From Hydrolagus affinis (lineage: Eukaryota): DNA of 64,000 bases. A program made the position numbers and the translations under genes. The notes beneath the pieces were generated by a model. It searched no databases, was not told where the DNA came from, and was given only the letters and a program-made list of their open reading frames with translations. This document shows positions 1 through 12,985 of this stretch, in pieces; the first letter of the stretch is position 1; each line of letters opens with the position of its first letter. The stretch is taken from NCBI GenBank assembly GCA_012026655.1, contig JAAILG010000062.1, positions 1 to 64,000 on the forward strand. Direction: 5' to 3'.

Positions 1-242
1 AGTACTTAGATAGGTACAAGTGGAGCACAACTTTACTAAGAAATGAAAGAAATGCAGAATAAAAAATGGTCATCCAGCCTATTCTTCCACATCTACGCAG
101 AACCTACCCACTCTATGCTATGTCCCAAGGGAAAGTATAGATTCTCCTTCAACCACAAAGTCAAAACCTCCAAAATATTCATCCAACAATGTGCCACAAC
201 TTAATCAGAACAGAAATTGTATTTTATACGTTAAATATCAAA

Positions 243-402
243 TTGTTCATTCACTTGATTGCTGATGGGACATTGCTGTGCGCAAATTGGCTGCATCATT
301 TGTCTACAAATACACAGTCACTTCACTTTACAGGAAATCCGATGAAATGCTTCGAGACATTTCTGCAACGTGATTAGGCATGATATGAAATGCAAGGATT
401 TA
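243..402 (+). mobile_element. SINE 3' fragment (Deu-domain/L2-tail type)
   Basis: GGGACATTGCTGTGCGCAAATTGGCTGC...GAAATGCTTCGAGAC...AAATGCAAGGATT matches the 3' half of the SINE family repeated throughout the window. Confidence 0.85.
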
Positions 403-667
403 ATGTTACACAACCTTTCCAGGTGAGATTGTAATTTATTCCAGTGCCGAATAGTCACGATTCTGCTTCTAATTTATATTGCTTTTGGCACTTTAGGTGA
501 GTGGAAATTTTTTCACTCTATTTTTCATGGTTGACACTTGTTGGTGCATGACAGTAACAGGATTGATGGCATGAAATGTTAAATTTTAGTCCAGTTAATA
601 TGGTGCTAATAATATGTGCTTGGATTTTACTCTTGGGAGATACTTACTTCAGTTGATCCATCTGCCT

Positions 668-906
668 GATCTTCAGGTAGCCTTTAGAGATCCTATGACA
701 CTAGTTGAAAAGAGAAAGGAGTTTCCCTTGGTATACTGGCTGGCAGTACTTCAGATAAATTCACCTCTTAGCTGTTTCTCAAGTCTTGCTATGTGCAAAA
801 TGGCTGCTGTGTTTGCTTACAAGAAAATCATTATTCCTGACAGTAATTCTGCAAAGCACGTTGAGATGTTAGGACATGATAAAATATGGTTAAACATTCA
901 AGTTAT
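668..906 (+). mobile_element. Old, diverged DeuSINE (SacSINE1/AmnSINE1-like) fragment
   Basis: AGAGATCCTATGACACTAGTTGAAAAGAGAAAGGAGTTTCCCTTGG (Deu-like core), then TTGCTATGTGCAAAATGGCTGCTGTGTTTGC and AAAGCACGTTGAGATG tail motifs. Confidence 0.75.
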
Positions 907-1151
907 CTTTACTTCATCAAGTGCCTTTGCTATACTTTTCTTCTGTTGCAACATAACTAAACCTGCTTGTGATAAGTTTACATGTTTAACCAAATGTAAT
1001 TCAAAGTCAATCACCTTAATGGCTCAGAAATCATCCTGGAGCTTTGTGGTGTTTCCCCTAATGAGAAACGGCTGGAAAATGGTGGAGGAACAGCCAATAT
1101 ATAAATTATGTTTCAGCCAGATAACAACATGGTTATGAGAGGTTAAATGTT

Positions 1152-1350
1152 GAAGGGAGTTTCTCCCGGTATCCTGGCCAACAATTCCGCAAATAAAATT
1201 GGTGGTTCACTTTATGACTTATCGTGCTCAAATTGGCTGCCGCATTTGCCCACAAATGCAAAACACTGCACTTCACAGAATATCCTGTGAAACAATTTGA
1301 GTTGTCCTTCACAACATGGAAGGAGCTATATCAATGCAAGGATTATTAAT
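1152..1350 (+). mobile_element. DeuSINE 3' half
   Basis: GGAGTTTCTCCCGGTATCCTGGCCAAC...AAATTGGCTGCCGCATTTGCC...GCTATATCAATGCAAGGATTATT. Confidence 0.85.
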
Positions 1351-1452
1351 AATAGTAATAATCCTTGTATTTGATGTCACGGTTTAACATGTCTTCAAGA
1401 TGTCTCAAAGTGCTTCACGGAATATATTGTAAAGTGAATTGACTGTATATTT
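1351..1452 (-). mobile_element. SINE 3' tail, tail-to-tail with the previous copy
   Basis: TAATAATCCTTGTATTTGAT...GTCTCAAAGTGCTTCACGGAATATATTGTAAAGTGAATTGACTGTATATTT is the reverse complement of the SINE tail. Confidence 0.85.
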
Positions 1453-1795
1453 CACAGGCAATGATATCTGTAATACACAAACTACCAACAGTTAATACCA
1501 GAAATTTTTAACTGGCCATTTTACCAACCCTCTTAAATATTAATGGAATTGACTCCTAATGACTCTTTTATCATTACCCAGCTATTAGCAATGAATTGAA
1601 AATGTGAACTGGCAGTAATTCTGCCATCGACGGATTTACTGTGAAAAAAGAAACCGTTTTCCTACTGACAAAAATCCATCCAAATTCTTGTGCCAGTGGG
1701 GAAGTTCATCGCGTTGAATCCCTAAGTGGAGAAATCCCTAAATCGTTTTCGTCCAAACATCCCCCGACTGACTCCACCCGCCGGCCTGGCTGCCT

Positions 1796-1849
1796 GCCGA
1801 CCCACCCACCCACCCACCCACCCACCGACCGACCGACCGACCGACCGAC
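1796..1849. repeat. Compound tetranucleotide microsatellite (CCCA)n(CCGA)n
   Basis: Directly visible; it accounts for the PTHP/TDRP repeats in the overlapping ORFs. Confidence 0.95.
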
Positions 1850-2700
1850 ATCTCCCTCGTCCTGTCCCATTCAAACCTCAGCCTCTGTTCCCGTCTCGAC
1901 CTACAATGTGATCCACAGATTGGCTCATATGTGTTCGGAGGTCAGACATCAATGTATGGAATCCACATAGTGTTGCCAAACCTCTGGAGTGTAGAAAAAT
2001 GCCAAAGAGAGAGAAAACAATTGTAATAGCTTTAAGCCACCGTAAGGTTTCCACTATTACACTCGCCTGATGTTTCACGAATCCCGAGGTGCTGTAGAAA
2101 CATAGCGAAAGAAAAATGGCATGAGTTTCAGTCATCAATGTACTGTTCCAACCAGCACAGACTTAAGTTTCAGTTGATGGCTGAGGTGAAGCACAGAGGT
2201 GATCAAGGTCGCAGGCATGGACAGGCTTCAGGTCAACTTTTGAATAACTGAGGAGATCCCAGCCAAGCAAGAACTGACAGAAAGGAGCCTCCCCATCAAA
2301 CCTGCAAATGATGAAATGGAGTGAGAAAAATCATATTGTCTCACAAAGATCAGTCAAACTAGCAACAACGATCGATCCCACGGGGCTCCCATTACCCAAG
2401 GTTCAGATTCTTTCCCTTCACCACCACAGAGAAATACCATTTCATATGATTTACAGTCCACCCGAAGGACAATTGTAGATTTTCAGCCCTGAGCTGACTC
2501 AACCACACACTCAAGGCAAGAGCCAGAACCAACTCAGCTAAGTTAACAATGCAGCCAAGTCAACAACCCCAACCATGATCCCAACTCTGCCTGACCTGAG
2601 GGAACTCCATTGAGCCAGGCCTGACAGACTCACAACTGCCCGTGACCAACCTCGGCAAACAGACAATTATATAACAATAATAATAATAATCCTTTTTTTT

Positions 2701-2784
2701 GCGTTTTTGGCCGAATATCCGGCACGTGCTTTAACCGGCATTGGCAAGGTCCTGAGGATGCCGGATAAATGGGCTTTTACTGTA
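2701..2784 (-). mobile_element. Solitary pogo/Tigger-like DNA transposon terminus
   Basis: Reverse complement reads TA|CAGTAAAAGCCCATTTATCCGGCATCC...TGCCGGTTAAAGCACGTGCCGGATA: TA target site, CAGT-starting TIR, repeated TGCCGG(A/T)TA subterminal motifs, CpG-rich. No partner TIR found. Confidence 0.65.
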
Positions 2785-3117
2785 ATTATATTTATAATTC
2801 TTCTATTCAAATTACACTAAATCAACTAGAATCCGGATTCCATTCTAGAAAGAATGCCTCGATGTTTCTGAATAACAGCAGTTTATCCTAAAGCTAAGCA
2901 TATCGAATATTGGTACAGAAAATTATTTCTAACCTGACTCCTAAACATATCTAGCTCAACCTAAAATATTATGACTTACTGCTGCCAAAGACATTTATTC
3001 AAATTGAGAAAAAATAGTCTCTACAGGTTGGCATTTATCAAAATCACAAAGCATGTGTTCAGTAAATTCAATAAGAGATTTACTGGGGATGTGAATGGAA
3101 TAGCACCTGGTTTATAA

Positions 3118-3420
3118 CAATAATAATAATAATCCTTGCATTTAATATAACGCTTTTCATGTCTTCTGGACGTCTCAAAGCGCTTCACATAATATACCGT
3201 AAAGTAAATTGACTGCATATTTGTGGGCGAAACACGCAGCCAATTTCCAACAGCAATGTCCCACAAATAGTTGTGGATTGAAATGACCAATTTATTACAG
3301 TTTTTATTTTTGAGGGATTATTATTAGGCATGTGGAGCAAGGAAACTTGCCCAAGGTTTCTCCCTACCACAGGTCTCACACTTGTAAGGCGAGTGCTTCA
3401 ACCCTGAGCTACAGGACTCC
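3118..3420 (-). mobile_element. Near full-length young tRNA-derived SINE
   Basis: Minus strand starts GGAGTCCTGTAGCTCAGGGTTGAAGCACTCGCCTTACAAGTGTGAGACC (A box; B box deleted) and ends AAATGCAAGGA(TTA)n. Confidence 0.92.
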
Positions 3421-3976
3421 ACATATTAAACCCACAAACAATTCAGGTGTTTGAATAGACCAATATATTGAAGTGTTTCAGATAGCTTAACTACGATGAA
3501 AACAGGACAATAATTGCTCAGATCAGCTTTATAGCTGATTTCAGAAAGAGGATAGACACTGGCAAATTTCCATTCCTTTTGGCATAGACCATGTCCTATT
3601 TGTGACAGATTGATGCTGCAGTTGGCTTGAGATAAAATGCATATCTGATCCAAACATAGAATTCTAAATGTTTCAAATCAATTCTCATTTATTCACATTA
3701 CACAGAATTCTTGACTCTTGATGTTCTTGATTTAAATGTATAATCTTGAACCTATTGTAAAATGTTCATCAGTTATTCATATATTTATGTGTTAGTCACA
3801 TTGTTTGCTCACTTGTGATTTCTTGACAGATATCATGGGGAGAATTTCCTGATGCTAATTTTGTAGGCACATTAATAACAGCGGTAACATTTTTGTTGAT
3901 GCTGCTTCAAGAACCATAGAATTATTGTCTAATCAGGTTTTCCTACATGTTTCATCACCAGCAGTATGGAGAATGT

Positions 3977-4072
3977 TAATAATAATAATCCTTGCATTTG
4001 AAAAAGTGCCTTATCACGTCTTCGAGATGTCTCAAATCGCTGCACAGAATATACTGTAAAATGCATTGACTG
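3977..4072 (-). mobile_element. SINE 3' tail
   Basis: (TAA)nTCCTTGCATTTGA...GTCTCAAATCGCTGCACAGAATATACTGTAAA. Confidence 0.85.
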
Positions 4073-7000
4073 TTTGTTTTATGGACTGTATATGTTGGTC
4101 CAAAACCAACAGGAGGTGTAACAGCTTGAATTACACCATACATGCAGTTTTCATATTCTAATGAAAGCAGCAATGTGTGACATAATGAAGATGTGCTGGC
4201 AACTGACTTTACTCTCAGACACCACTATAGAAAGAGCAATCTCAGGCATAACCTCCATTACTCAGTGGTAATAACAGAGTCAGCTGTAATCATTGGTCCA
4301 CCCATGACTGATTTATTCTTTCCTGATCCTCTCTCTATAGGAGGTTTGGGTAGGACAGAAAGTGTTGGTGCTGGCTGATTGCCAATGTTGACTGCAGAAT
4401 GAAGACATGGCTCATCATTCCCATTCTGGGAAAATCTGCAGACCTTTGTGGAGAGAATATTTTTAAGACAATATCCCACAATACTCAGGGACTTACTCAA
4501 AAGACTCATAGAATGCACCTGTAAAATGCATTGATGAAATGCATATAACCTCCCAGCGCATTAAGTTATTTTCAGCCGAAGTAGGAGTGTGATGAATGTA
4601 CTTACAGTTTATCCAAGAAGAGACCAAGAGTTAAAACAACCACCTGATGAATACTATAGATTTGTGTGTGCCAGAACAAATAGATTTGTGTGTGCCAAGC
4701 GCAATTAATTCACAAACACTTCTATAAATGTACATCAATGATCTGCTTAGCATATCTGTACATTGTGGTCCCCATAGAACTACTTCATGTGTGGTGTAGA
4801 TTGTTATTTACTGTGTCTTGTAGCTGAATAGATACACAGTACAGAGAGCTGATGTTTGTCTCTTAATCAAACAGGACAGCTTGTGACCTTCTTCCCCCCA
4901 CCCCCCAACTCTTTCCAATAGCCTGAGACCACATTAATTATGATAAGTGTTGCTCATCTCCAATGAAGTATGTTGGAAAGCAATTATACTGAGGGGAAAA
5001 GGAAACGTTAGATTTGGTTAGTTATTTCCTGACTTTCTGTTCTCTTCACCTAGATTAACCCGACACAACAAATTCCACCTGAATCTGGATTCCCTCCATT
5101 CACACCACATTTCAGAGTGTGCAGAATCTGGCAATAAGTCTTCATTTTAAAATCATAACTTTGAAGTTGGTTTGGTCTAGGTCTTGAAATAACTTCAAAA
5201 TGAAGGACATGTTTAAGAATGACCAAATTCAGAATGCTCTGAAATGAAGATTAGGTCTAGACACAAGGGAATACTTCTCCCAACCAAATACTGTAATAGT
5301 TCATCTGAGCCATGCCCTCAGGATGATCAGAAAAATCACTATGGTACATCAATGGCTCTTCCTTCTTGGGTATAAAAAAAATACACCACCAAAAAAATCA
5401 AGATGATGTGTGTATGTCATCCCTTTGTTTTGTTGAAGTATTTTTTCTAGAATCCGTTGGCCTGGCTCATTGTATGCTCATTGCATTCTTGCAGTTTCCG
5501 TTTCACTTGACTAACAGTTATTATCTTCTCAAGCAGCACCTCTTTATTTCTTTTCAATGTCAATTGTACGAATTATTACTTGAAGGAGCTGCTGCCGAGT
5601 GCACTTTTAATTGTATTCCAGATGAATACACTCAGTTGCAGGGCACTGTGGGTTAATTATTCAGGGTCACATGTTTGTCTGAACAGGTGAATTTTTTAAA
5701 AATCCAAGAATTCCAAATCATTATTTGTTTTAGGTACAGAAGAATTGGGTTATTTTTGCAATTGGATGAGTATATTTTCAGTGCACTATTCAAAATTCAT
5801 GCTGATCCCTTACTCTACATGACAACGTGGGTTATGACAGTAACGAAGGGTAACCACACTAGCACAACTCCACTGAATGGATAGTGAAATATTCATATAT
5901 ATCATTTACCAGAGAAGTGCAGAATGGCAAACGGTGAATTGGCTGCCGACAATACTGTCTGCCCAAGCAGAATTCAAGGCATGATTGTTGGCAATGATTC
6001 TGCTAGGTATTGGAAACCAAAATCAATGCCTCTGATTTATAAGTACAAATTAAATCAATTAAAATGAATTAGTGGTTAGAAATAATAGGCAGGGTCAGTA
6101 ATATACTGAGCTAGACTATTATTAGCAAACATAAATTTGAGATGTTGTGGGTTCAGGTCTGAGTCAATTGAGGTTAACACCAACAAGGATAATAACTTCA
6201 TGTGTTAAATCCAGACACGTCAAATGATTTTTAAACATATGAGAAAAATCCTTACTAAGGTAAAGTAATCAGCACCTGCAGACAAATTAAACAGGTTATG
6301 TGAAAGATAACATTTACTTATAGTGAAGTTAGGTGTAGTGAAACCGTTCCATTGTGCTGATTCATTTACTGAGTGACCAAATGGAACATCATTCCCTGCT
6401 ATAATGAAATTTTTGCCCAGAAGGACTTGTGGACTGTGCTTCACAGATTAGTGGTAACTAGTATACATAGGAAAGTAGGGATATGAAGAAGTCATTAAGC
6501 GCATCTTAATTAAGTAAATTTTCACAACACTTAAGTCAGTTTCAGCACTTTGTTGTTTTGACATCTTAATATGCCTGTATTGGTTTTTGTTTCAGAAATC
6601 CATTCATTTCTTTTTCAATGTTCCAAAGGGCTCTACATTTACTGGATGGACTAATTTTTAGCCTATTCCATAAAGTAACTCAGGGTGAAGCAATCACTTC
6701 TTCAGTTACATTCAGTTTTCTTTTGTTTGTACCCTTGTTCCTCGAAGCAATATACATTCCCCACCTTGGTACATATTAACTTGAGAATGGAGAGGAAAAG
6801 TAGCTGCTATTATCATTCAATATTATTCTGCTGATTAAGAATAATCATCTAATAGTTTCAGAATATAAAAATGAACTAAACATTCATAACTTTGTGCATC
6901 ATAAACAATGAGCAAAACATATTAGGTTTCTTTCATTATCAACTGCTCTATTTAGCTATAAGGATGTTAGTTCAGTGCATGTGTAAACATAACATGAACG

Positions 7001-9740
7001 TGTTTATGTTAAAAATTCCATTGCTGAAAAGAAATCCAGCATTAATTGAAGATAAGAAAATGCATTTGAGGCATTGGAATGGATTGCATTTCACAATGCT
7101 CATTTTAGTCTGGCTTTATTTTGCCAAATAGCTACAATAACTAGAATGCTGAAGCAGCAGGACCTTTTATGATAATGAAGAAAGGTTAGCTGGAGCTGTG
7201 GGCTGTTTGTATTTTATGATTGCCTGTCCTTTTGCATTTTGGATCCATTGATGCAGGAAAGCTTTCAGAAGGTGTCAATGTTGGGTGATTTGCATACTTA
7301 GTGTATTTAAAATGTATGGCACAATTTATTCTGTTTAGATGGTTGCTGATTATTTGCTCCAATTAAGATCATGGTATACATGGTTTAATAAAACTTGTTT
7401 TCACCTTATTAGTACTAGATGCATCTACTGGTGATGGCATACAACACCATTCTTTATGAGTTTAATAGATCAAAAATCCACAAGCACTAAACACAAGTGG
7501 AAGAACAATTGTAGGGCAATAGATATTCTTGTTTTTCTGTGAACATCAGCAGGTTAGATTAAAAACCCTTCAAGAATGTCCTATGTGTTGAAAGCTAACA
7601 ACCCTTTATCAACTATACATGCATAATATACATATACCATATACATATATATATATACAGTATACAGAATTACCTGTACAGTATAGGGCAATGCTCCGAT
7701 TCAATCTTTGAACTTTTCAAACTAATTAAGTGATATAAGGTTGTAGCTGCTGAGTTACGAGGCAATAAACAGTTTGCTTGCCTCAATGCCTGACTATTTT
7801 AAGAGCTTCAATTGGCTAAAGCTTCAGGCAGTGGTATTACGGGTAACATCTTTATAATTTTGCTAAACTTCTTGTTAAATTGCATCTGGTTCACATGTAT
7901 TTCATTCACAGAAGGTTGCACAGCTGTGAAGCTTTTTTGCTTAAGCAAAACAATTGATGACAAATGTAGCTTAATCCTGATTGCATTTTGTTCAAATGTA
8001 CAGTACTATAATATCAGGAGGATAAATTAAACTTTCATGCTTTTTAAAATCTCTTATAAATATAAGGGTGTGGCTTTTAAAGCAGGTTCGACTGCACAAT
8101 CTAGCTTTGCTTTTAGTGAAGGGTCTAAAAGTGATAATTCACATTTTTACATTTAAATTTAATTATGTTAAGAGGCTATAAAAATATGGTGAGCGCAAAA
8201 AATGTTTATTTTAAAGAAAGTTTTTTTAATTCTATTTATAGCCTTTTTAACTACCTTTTTCATTGAAGGGAGGCATAACATTGGGGGGACAAAGCCAGGA
8301 ATAAAGGTCCAAAGCAATGGAATTGGGAATAGCAAAATAATAACATCAGAGTTATTGGAGCAGGGACCAAGATGAGAAAGAGACAAATGACCAAAGAGGA
8401 AAGGAACCAGAATGAGGGAACAGATTTAGGGAGAGATTCAGAGAGTTTGGTATCAAAGAGAGGAAACTTAGAGTGATGGAGCTCAGACAGTGAAGGACAC
8501 AATGAGGGAGCTCAGAAAGTGGGGATTGGAGTGAAAGGGCTCTGGAAGTGAGGATCAGAGTCAGAGAACTCAGAGTGAGAGGCTGTTTGTGTCTCCATTA
8601 TAAGTAATATATACTGCCTAAAATAAATCATATTTTTTCATGAGCAGACAATCTAATGTAACCCCATTCAAATGCTACACATGGAAAATGAAGCTTGTAG
8701 CGGAGAATGCGGTGGGCAGGATGCTTGATCAGCAACACGCAGCACCACAGAATGACAGGACCCAGATCAAATTCCCCTCATTATTGTTGACTTCCCAATC
8801 TCGACTCCGCTGTTGTGCGTAGATGCTGACTGGAGAGCAGGCGTCTCGCAATGCGGTGAAGGGAAAACTGGAGGGAGAGCAATCACTGGGACTTTGTTAC
8901 TCCTCCTCTAGGGGTTGGATGAAGAACAGCATTAACAAAAGTCTAGCAGCAGGTCACCCACCCTGAGGATGGATGGCTGGTGAAACCTGTGCAGGAACAA
9001 AAAAAAGGGAAATATAGAGATTTCATACCCTCATTAAGAAAACTCATAGAAAACTAACTTAAGTGATTGCCACAGTCTTATAATCTGATAGTCATGAATA
9101 ATGTTCATTTATCTTTTACATTTGTAATGCAAAAAATCAGGGTGGAAATAAGTGATTTTCAAATTTTAGATTTAAAACTATATTCGTGCCTTGTCTTCTA
9201 CTGTTCATTAGAGCCATTTGACTTGTACATAAATCAACATTATGCAGTGATTGAATGCTAATCATACTTTTTTTGCATTAAAATGGACTGGAATGCCTCT
9301 GAAATGAATGGGGAAATTTGAATTTTTGGATGCACTTTGCGTCTATGCCAATTGCACCTAAGTGGATTTGACAATCTGAAACACATAGGTGAGATCAGAA
9401 AAAGTTGAATGTCTGCCTCCCACCCAGACGTCTGCAGATTAAGTCAAAGGACTGTCTATCAACCTGTCACAAACAGAACACGTTTCATCAGTTCTTGGCA
9501 CGGCTGATAGATGGAAGGCCCCGCTGTGTTGGGACAGAAAATAAACAACAATCAACTGTTCCTGCTGCAAGCACATCTCACATTGGTCAATAGCAAAGAA
9601 TCATAACACTGCGCTAGAAGAAAATATCTATGTATTGAGCTAAAGCTATCATCTAGCATGACGGGTGAGAGTCACAACAAGAAATTACAAATGACAATCA
9701 GGAGGGGAAATTAATTAAGAAAGTAATAAAAATAAATTAT

Positions 9741-9848
9741 TAATAATAACATTCAATATAACACCTTCCATGGCAGGAGGACTTCTCAAAACGCTTCACA
9801 GGATTTATTGTCAAGTGTGGTGACTATGTATTTTGTCGGCGAAGGGCA
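9741..9848 (-). mobile_element. Diverged SINE 3' tail
   Basis: TAATAATAAC...CTCAAAACGCTTCACAGGATTTATTGTCAAGTGTGGTGACTATGTATTTTGT. Confidence 0.7.
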
Positions 9849-10494
9849 GAAGCATCTGCTTAATTATAATGTAATCAGCAAAACACAGCTTTCTATTTTG
9901 TAAGAAGCTGTGTTCTATTATTCAAGCAGATATATAGCTCTGCTCATATATAGCTGATGTTTTCCTTTCTTCTCTTCCATCCTCCGCCCCCAGCCCCACC
10001 CCACCACCTTCCCCCACAACAAAATATCAGTTCACTTAAATAAAAGCTTTGGTCAGATATTGGACACCATTATGTTACTATCACAAGAATGCCAAAAGAA
10101 TTATGTAGTGGAAATGTCCATCAAGTTTCCAAGGTGATGTCTTTGTGTGTTTTGTTCAAGGAATAGCCTAACCAAAAACCAGGGGAATGACTACGAATAA
10201 CTGGTTCCAGAATAGAAAACTCTGTGACCTGATTTTTTTCCCAAATCTGAAAGCAATCAAACATTCAACTGCAGAATATCCCTGGAGCCCAGCTTATACT
10301 TTTAGAAGACAAGCAATATCACTTCCAACAGTGAAGCGATTAGGAGCAGGGCATCTGAGTTATACACCTAATTCCTAATCGCATTGGTTAAGGTCTGAAG
10401 TTATCTCTGCACATACACAGCTGAGCACATGCTCATTGCTCCTCCAGTAAGTGTTCTTAATGTTATTGAAGAATCAGTCAAAAATCATTACACA

Positions 10495-10955
10495 CAAGAA
10501 ACATTTTGGATCCATAATTTTCCATTCCATGTTTTCCTAACCTTGTCCCTGTAATTCAGAAGGCCCTTTCATAACCCATCACTCATACAACTATTGTTTT
10601 AAAACCAGCTAATTGGCATAGTGCTAACTAATTTATATGAGTCTGTTCCAACCAGCTACCTCATTGTGGAGACAAAGGCTTCTTTCTAGCTTTGCTTGAG
10701 ATCCAGAATATTTATGGTTACACATCGAATCCTGCAATTATAGTTTAACGGGAAAATAGCCTGCTTACATCCAGCATATGCAGGCATTTAAACATCTTGA
10801 AAACCCAGATGTTGCATGATTCAGGTCTTCTCTTCTCCAAGAAGAACAATCCCAGTTCTATCTACATACAGTACCTTCACTCATACCTTGTTTTAAGCAC
10901 TGAAATCTCATTGTTCTGTGAAGCCTTTCCAATGCATGAATGTCTTTTTGAAGAG
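10495..10955 (-). mobile_element. Degraded CR1 LINE 3' end
   Basis: Antisense CR1 ORF2 C-terminal signatures: TTTAAACATCTTGAAAACCCAGATG, CTTCTCTTCTCCAAGAAGAACAATCCCAGTT, CTTTCCAATGCATGAATGTCTTT. Confidence 0.7.
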
Positions 10956-11244
10956 GTTGCTGTAAGAAAGTCTCTTTGGGGAAAACTATTTGCAGCTCAA
11001 ATACCCAGTACCCGATAATTATCTTCTACTTGGTTTTAGTGGTAACAGAGATGGAAAGCAAGAAAGTAACAAGTAATTCCTCTGAGATATACTGTTGTGG
11101 AAACAAAAAGGATTACATCTGACAAGTCCCCAATTGGTTCAATTGAGATTACCAGTTCAGGTCACTAAGGAAATACATCTAACCTACCTGAGTACAGTAG
11201 AAAAGATGTGTGGATAAACCTTATTGAACATAACTTTGTTCTAG

Positions 11245-11790
11245 AGAGTGCCTATTTCGTTGGTCATGTAGGCAGCAGGTTGGATGAATAGAAAGACTGT
11301 GATTCCCAACTGAAGTGGTAATGTTATAAAGCTAGACACTGGGTCAGGGTTGCGGTGTAACTTATCCATAAAGGGCAGGGAGCCTTGCAATTGACAGTCC
11401 AATTTGGATAAAAGCAAGGACATCAAGGGCAGAATCTCGGAATGCATAAAATTGTGGGGGGAGGGGGAGAGAAGATAGAGCTTGCTGAAGGTGAGTAGGG
11501 TAATAGCAAATGAATCTTGCTGACCTGGAGCACTGGGCTGCCAATAATAATCACCTCATCACATGGAAAGGATGGGTTGTGACGTTAAAAGGATAATCCA
11601 GGCAAGGCTCATCCAAATTGTATTTCTGAACCTTCCATGTGTATAAGAAAAACTGTAAAAATTTACTTGGGCACATTGCCTTATTTCTTGACCCACTGAT
11701 AATGATGCCATGTAATGAGAGCTGATTGTGGTCACAACAGGGTGCCTGCATCGGGTCAGGAATTTCATAGCACCCGGCAATGAAGTGAAT
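11245..11790 (-). mobile_element. Degraded L2 LINE ORF2 fragment
   Basis: Minus-strand peptide HSEILPLMSLLLSKLDCQLQGSLP resembles L2 'AEILIHAFVxSRLDYCNSLLxGLP'. The upstream DHNQLSLH...GSRNK resembles L2 'HNFLQLN...GS'. Confidence 0.6.
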
Positions 11791-12681
11791 CCAGCACTAC
11801 TCTATTTCAGTACTGAACCAAGCGTTAACTGTAAAATAAAATTTTTATTAGCAGAGTATATTGCTTTCCCGGCAGGTGGTTGTTTTAGACTCTTTATGAC
11901 TTGCATTATGTTAAGTTTTTTTCAGAAACATAATTTCCGTTCATTTGAAGTTCTGAAAGTAACCAGGTCTTGTGATTTGGATTCCCGAGTGTTGTATGTA
12001 ATTGGGACAAATTACAAGCTAATGTGCGTACAGTTTTTCCAAAAAGGAAGCCTCATAAAATCATATTTAGTTCAATTTTAAACAATCCCAAACACAATGC
12101 ATCACGCAAACCAATACAATGGGAAAGCCATCCTCAGGCACACACTGGAGATGTGAGAAGCAATGAGAGACATTTTTATATGCCCTGTAGGGATGAAAAA
12201 AGGTCAGCTCCAATTGCAAAGAGTTTGTGTGACATGTTTGCTGCCTAGCCGAAGCACACATCCCATTTTCTGCATGGGTCATACCCCTGGGGGATTTGAC
12301 TGAAACATGGTGTAGTAAATTTTGACAAATATTTATTCAAGCACCTAATACTGGCAGAAAGGTGATTTCAGAAGTTGGTAATCAATAGTCTGCTGAAATT
12401 TAATATTGTGCAAGAGAATCTGAAAGATTATGGAAGATACGAACAGTCTTCTATCTCCCGGTTTGAGATAAGAGGCCACCATGAAATACAATACCTATGA
12501 CAGATAGTTGTTGACACAGTAAATAACACAAAATGATTTTTTCTGTGTTTTCCACAATAAGCTCAATTAGATATCCTCATTCTGCATGGCTCAGCTCTGT
12601 ATTCTGGAGTCCTGTCTCTTGAAGGTGTATGCAGTCACTGCTAAATTATTCCAAGACATTTTGGGATGTCCACTGTTCACA

Positions 12682-12983
12682 AATAATAATCCCTGCATTT
12701 GATGTCGTGCTTTTCACATCTTCCAGATGTCTGAAAACGCTTTATAGAATATACTGTAAAATGAATTTACAGTACATTTTGTGGGCAAAACGCGGCAGAC
12801 AATTGCGTACAGCAGCGTCCCACAAACAGCCATAGATTGAAGTGACCAATTTATTATTGTGTTCTTTTTTCCTGTGGGGATCAGGCATGTGGAGAAAGGA
12901 AACTTGGCCAAGGTTTTGCTCTGCCTGGAATCAAACCCAAGTATATTACTTGCAAGGTGAGTGTTCTAAACACTAAGTTATAG
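12682..12983 (-). mobile_element. Full-length young tRNA-derived SINE with its head interrupted
   Basis: Tail AATAATAATCCCTGCATTTGA through head ...TGGAATCAAACCCAAG...CTTGCAAGGTGAGTGTTCTAAACACTAAGTTATAG. The remaining head bases AGCTACAGACTCC lie at 13296-13308. Confidence 0.92.
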
Positions 12984-12985
12984 CT

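Noticed and set aside
614-1138. Longest ORF (174 aa)
   Set aside because: Runs through a decayed SINE; no recognisable domain or exon structure.
1641-1970. Proline-rich ORF
   Set aside because: Artefact of the (CCCA)n(CCGA)n microsatellite.
4657-4697. 18-bp direct repeat ATAGATTTGTGTGTGCCA (similar pairs at ~40294-40337 and ~13342-13364)
   Set aside because: Only two copies with a few-bp spacer: an ordinary local duplication, not a CRISPR-like array.
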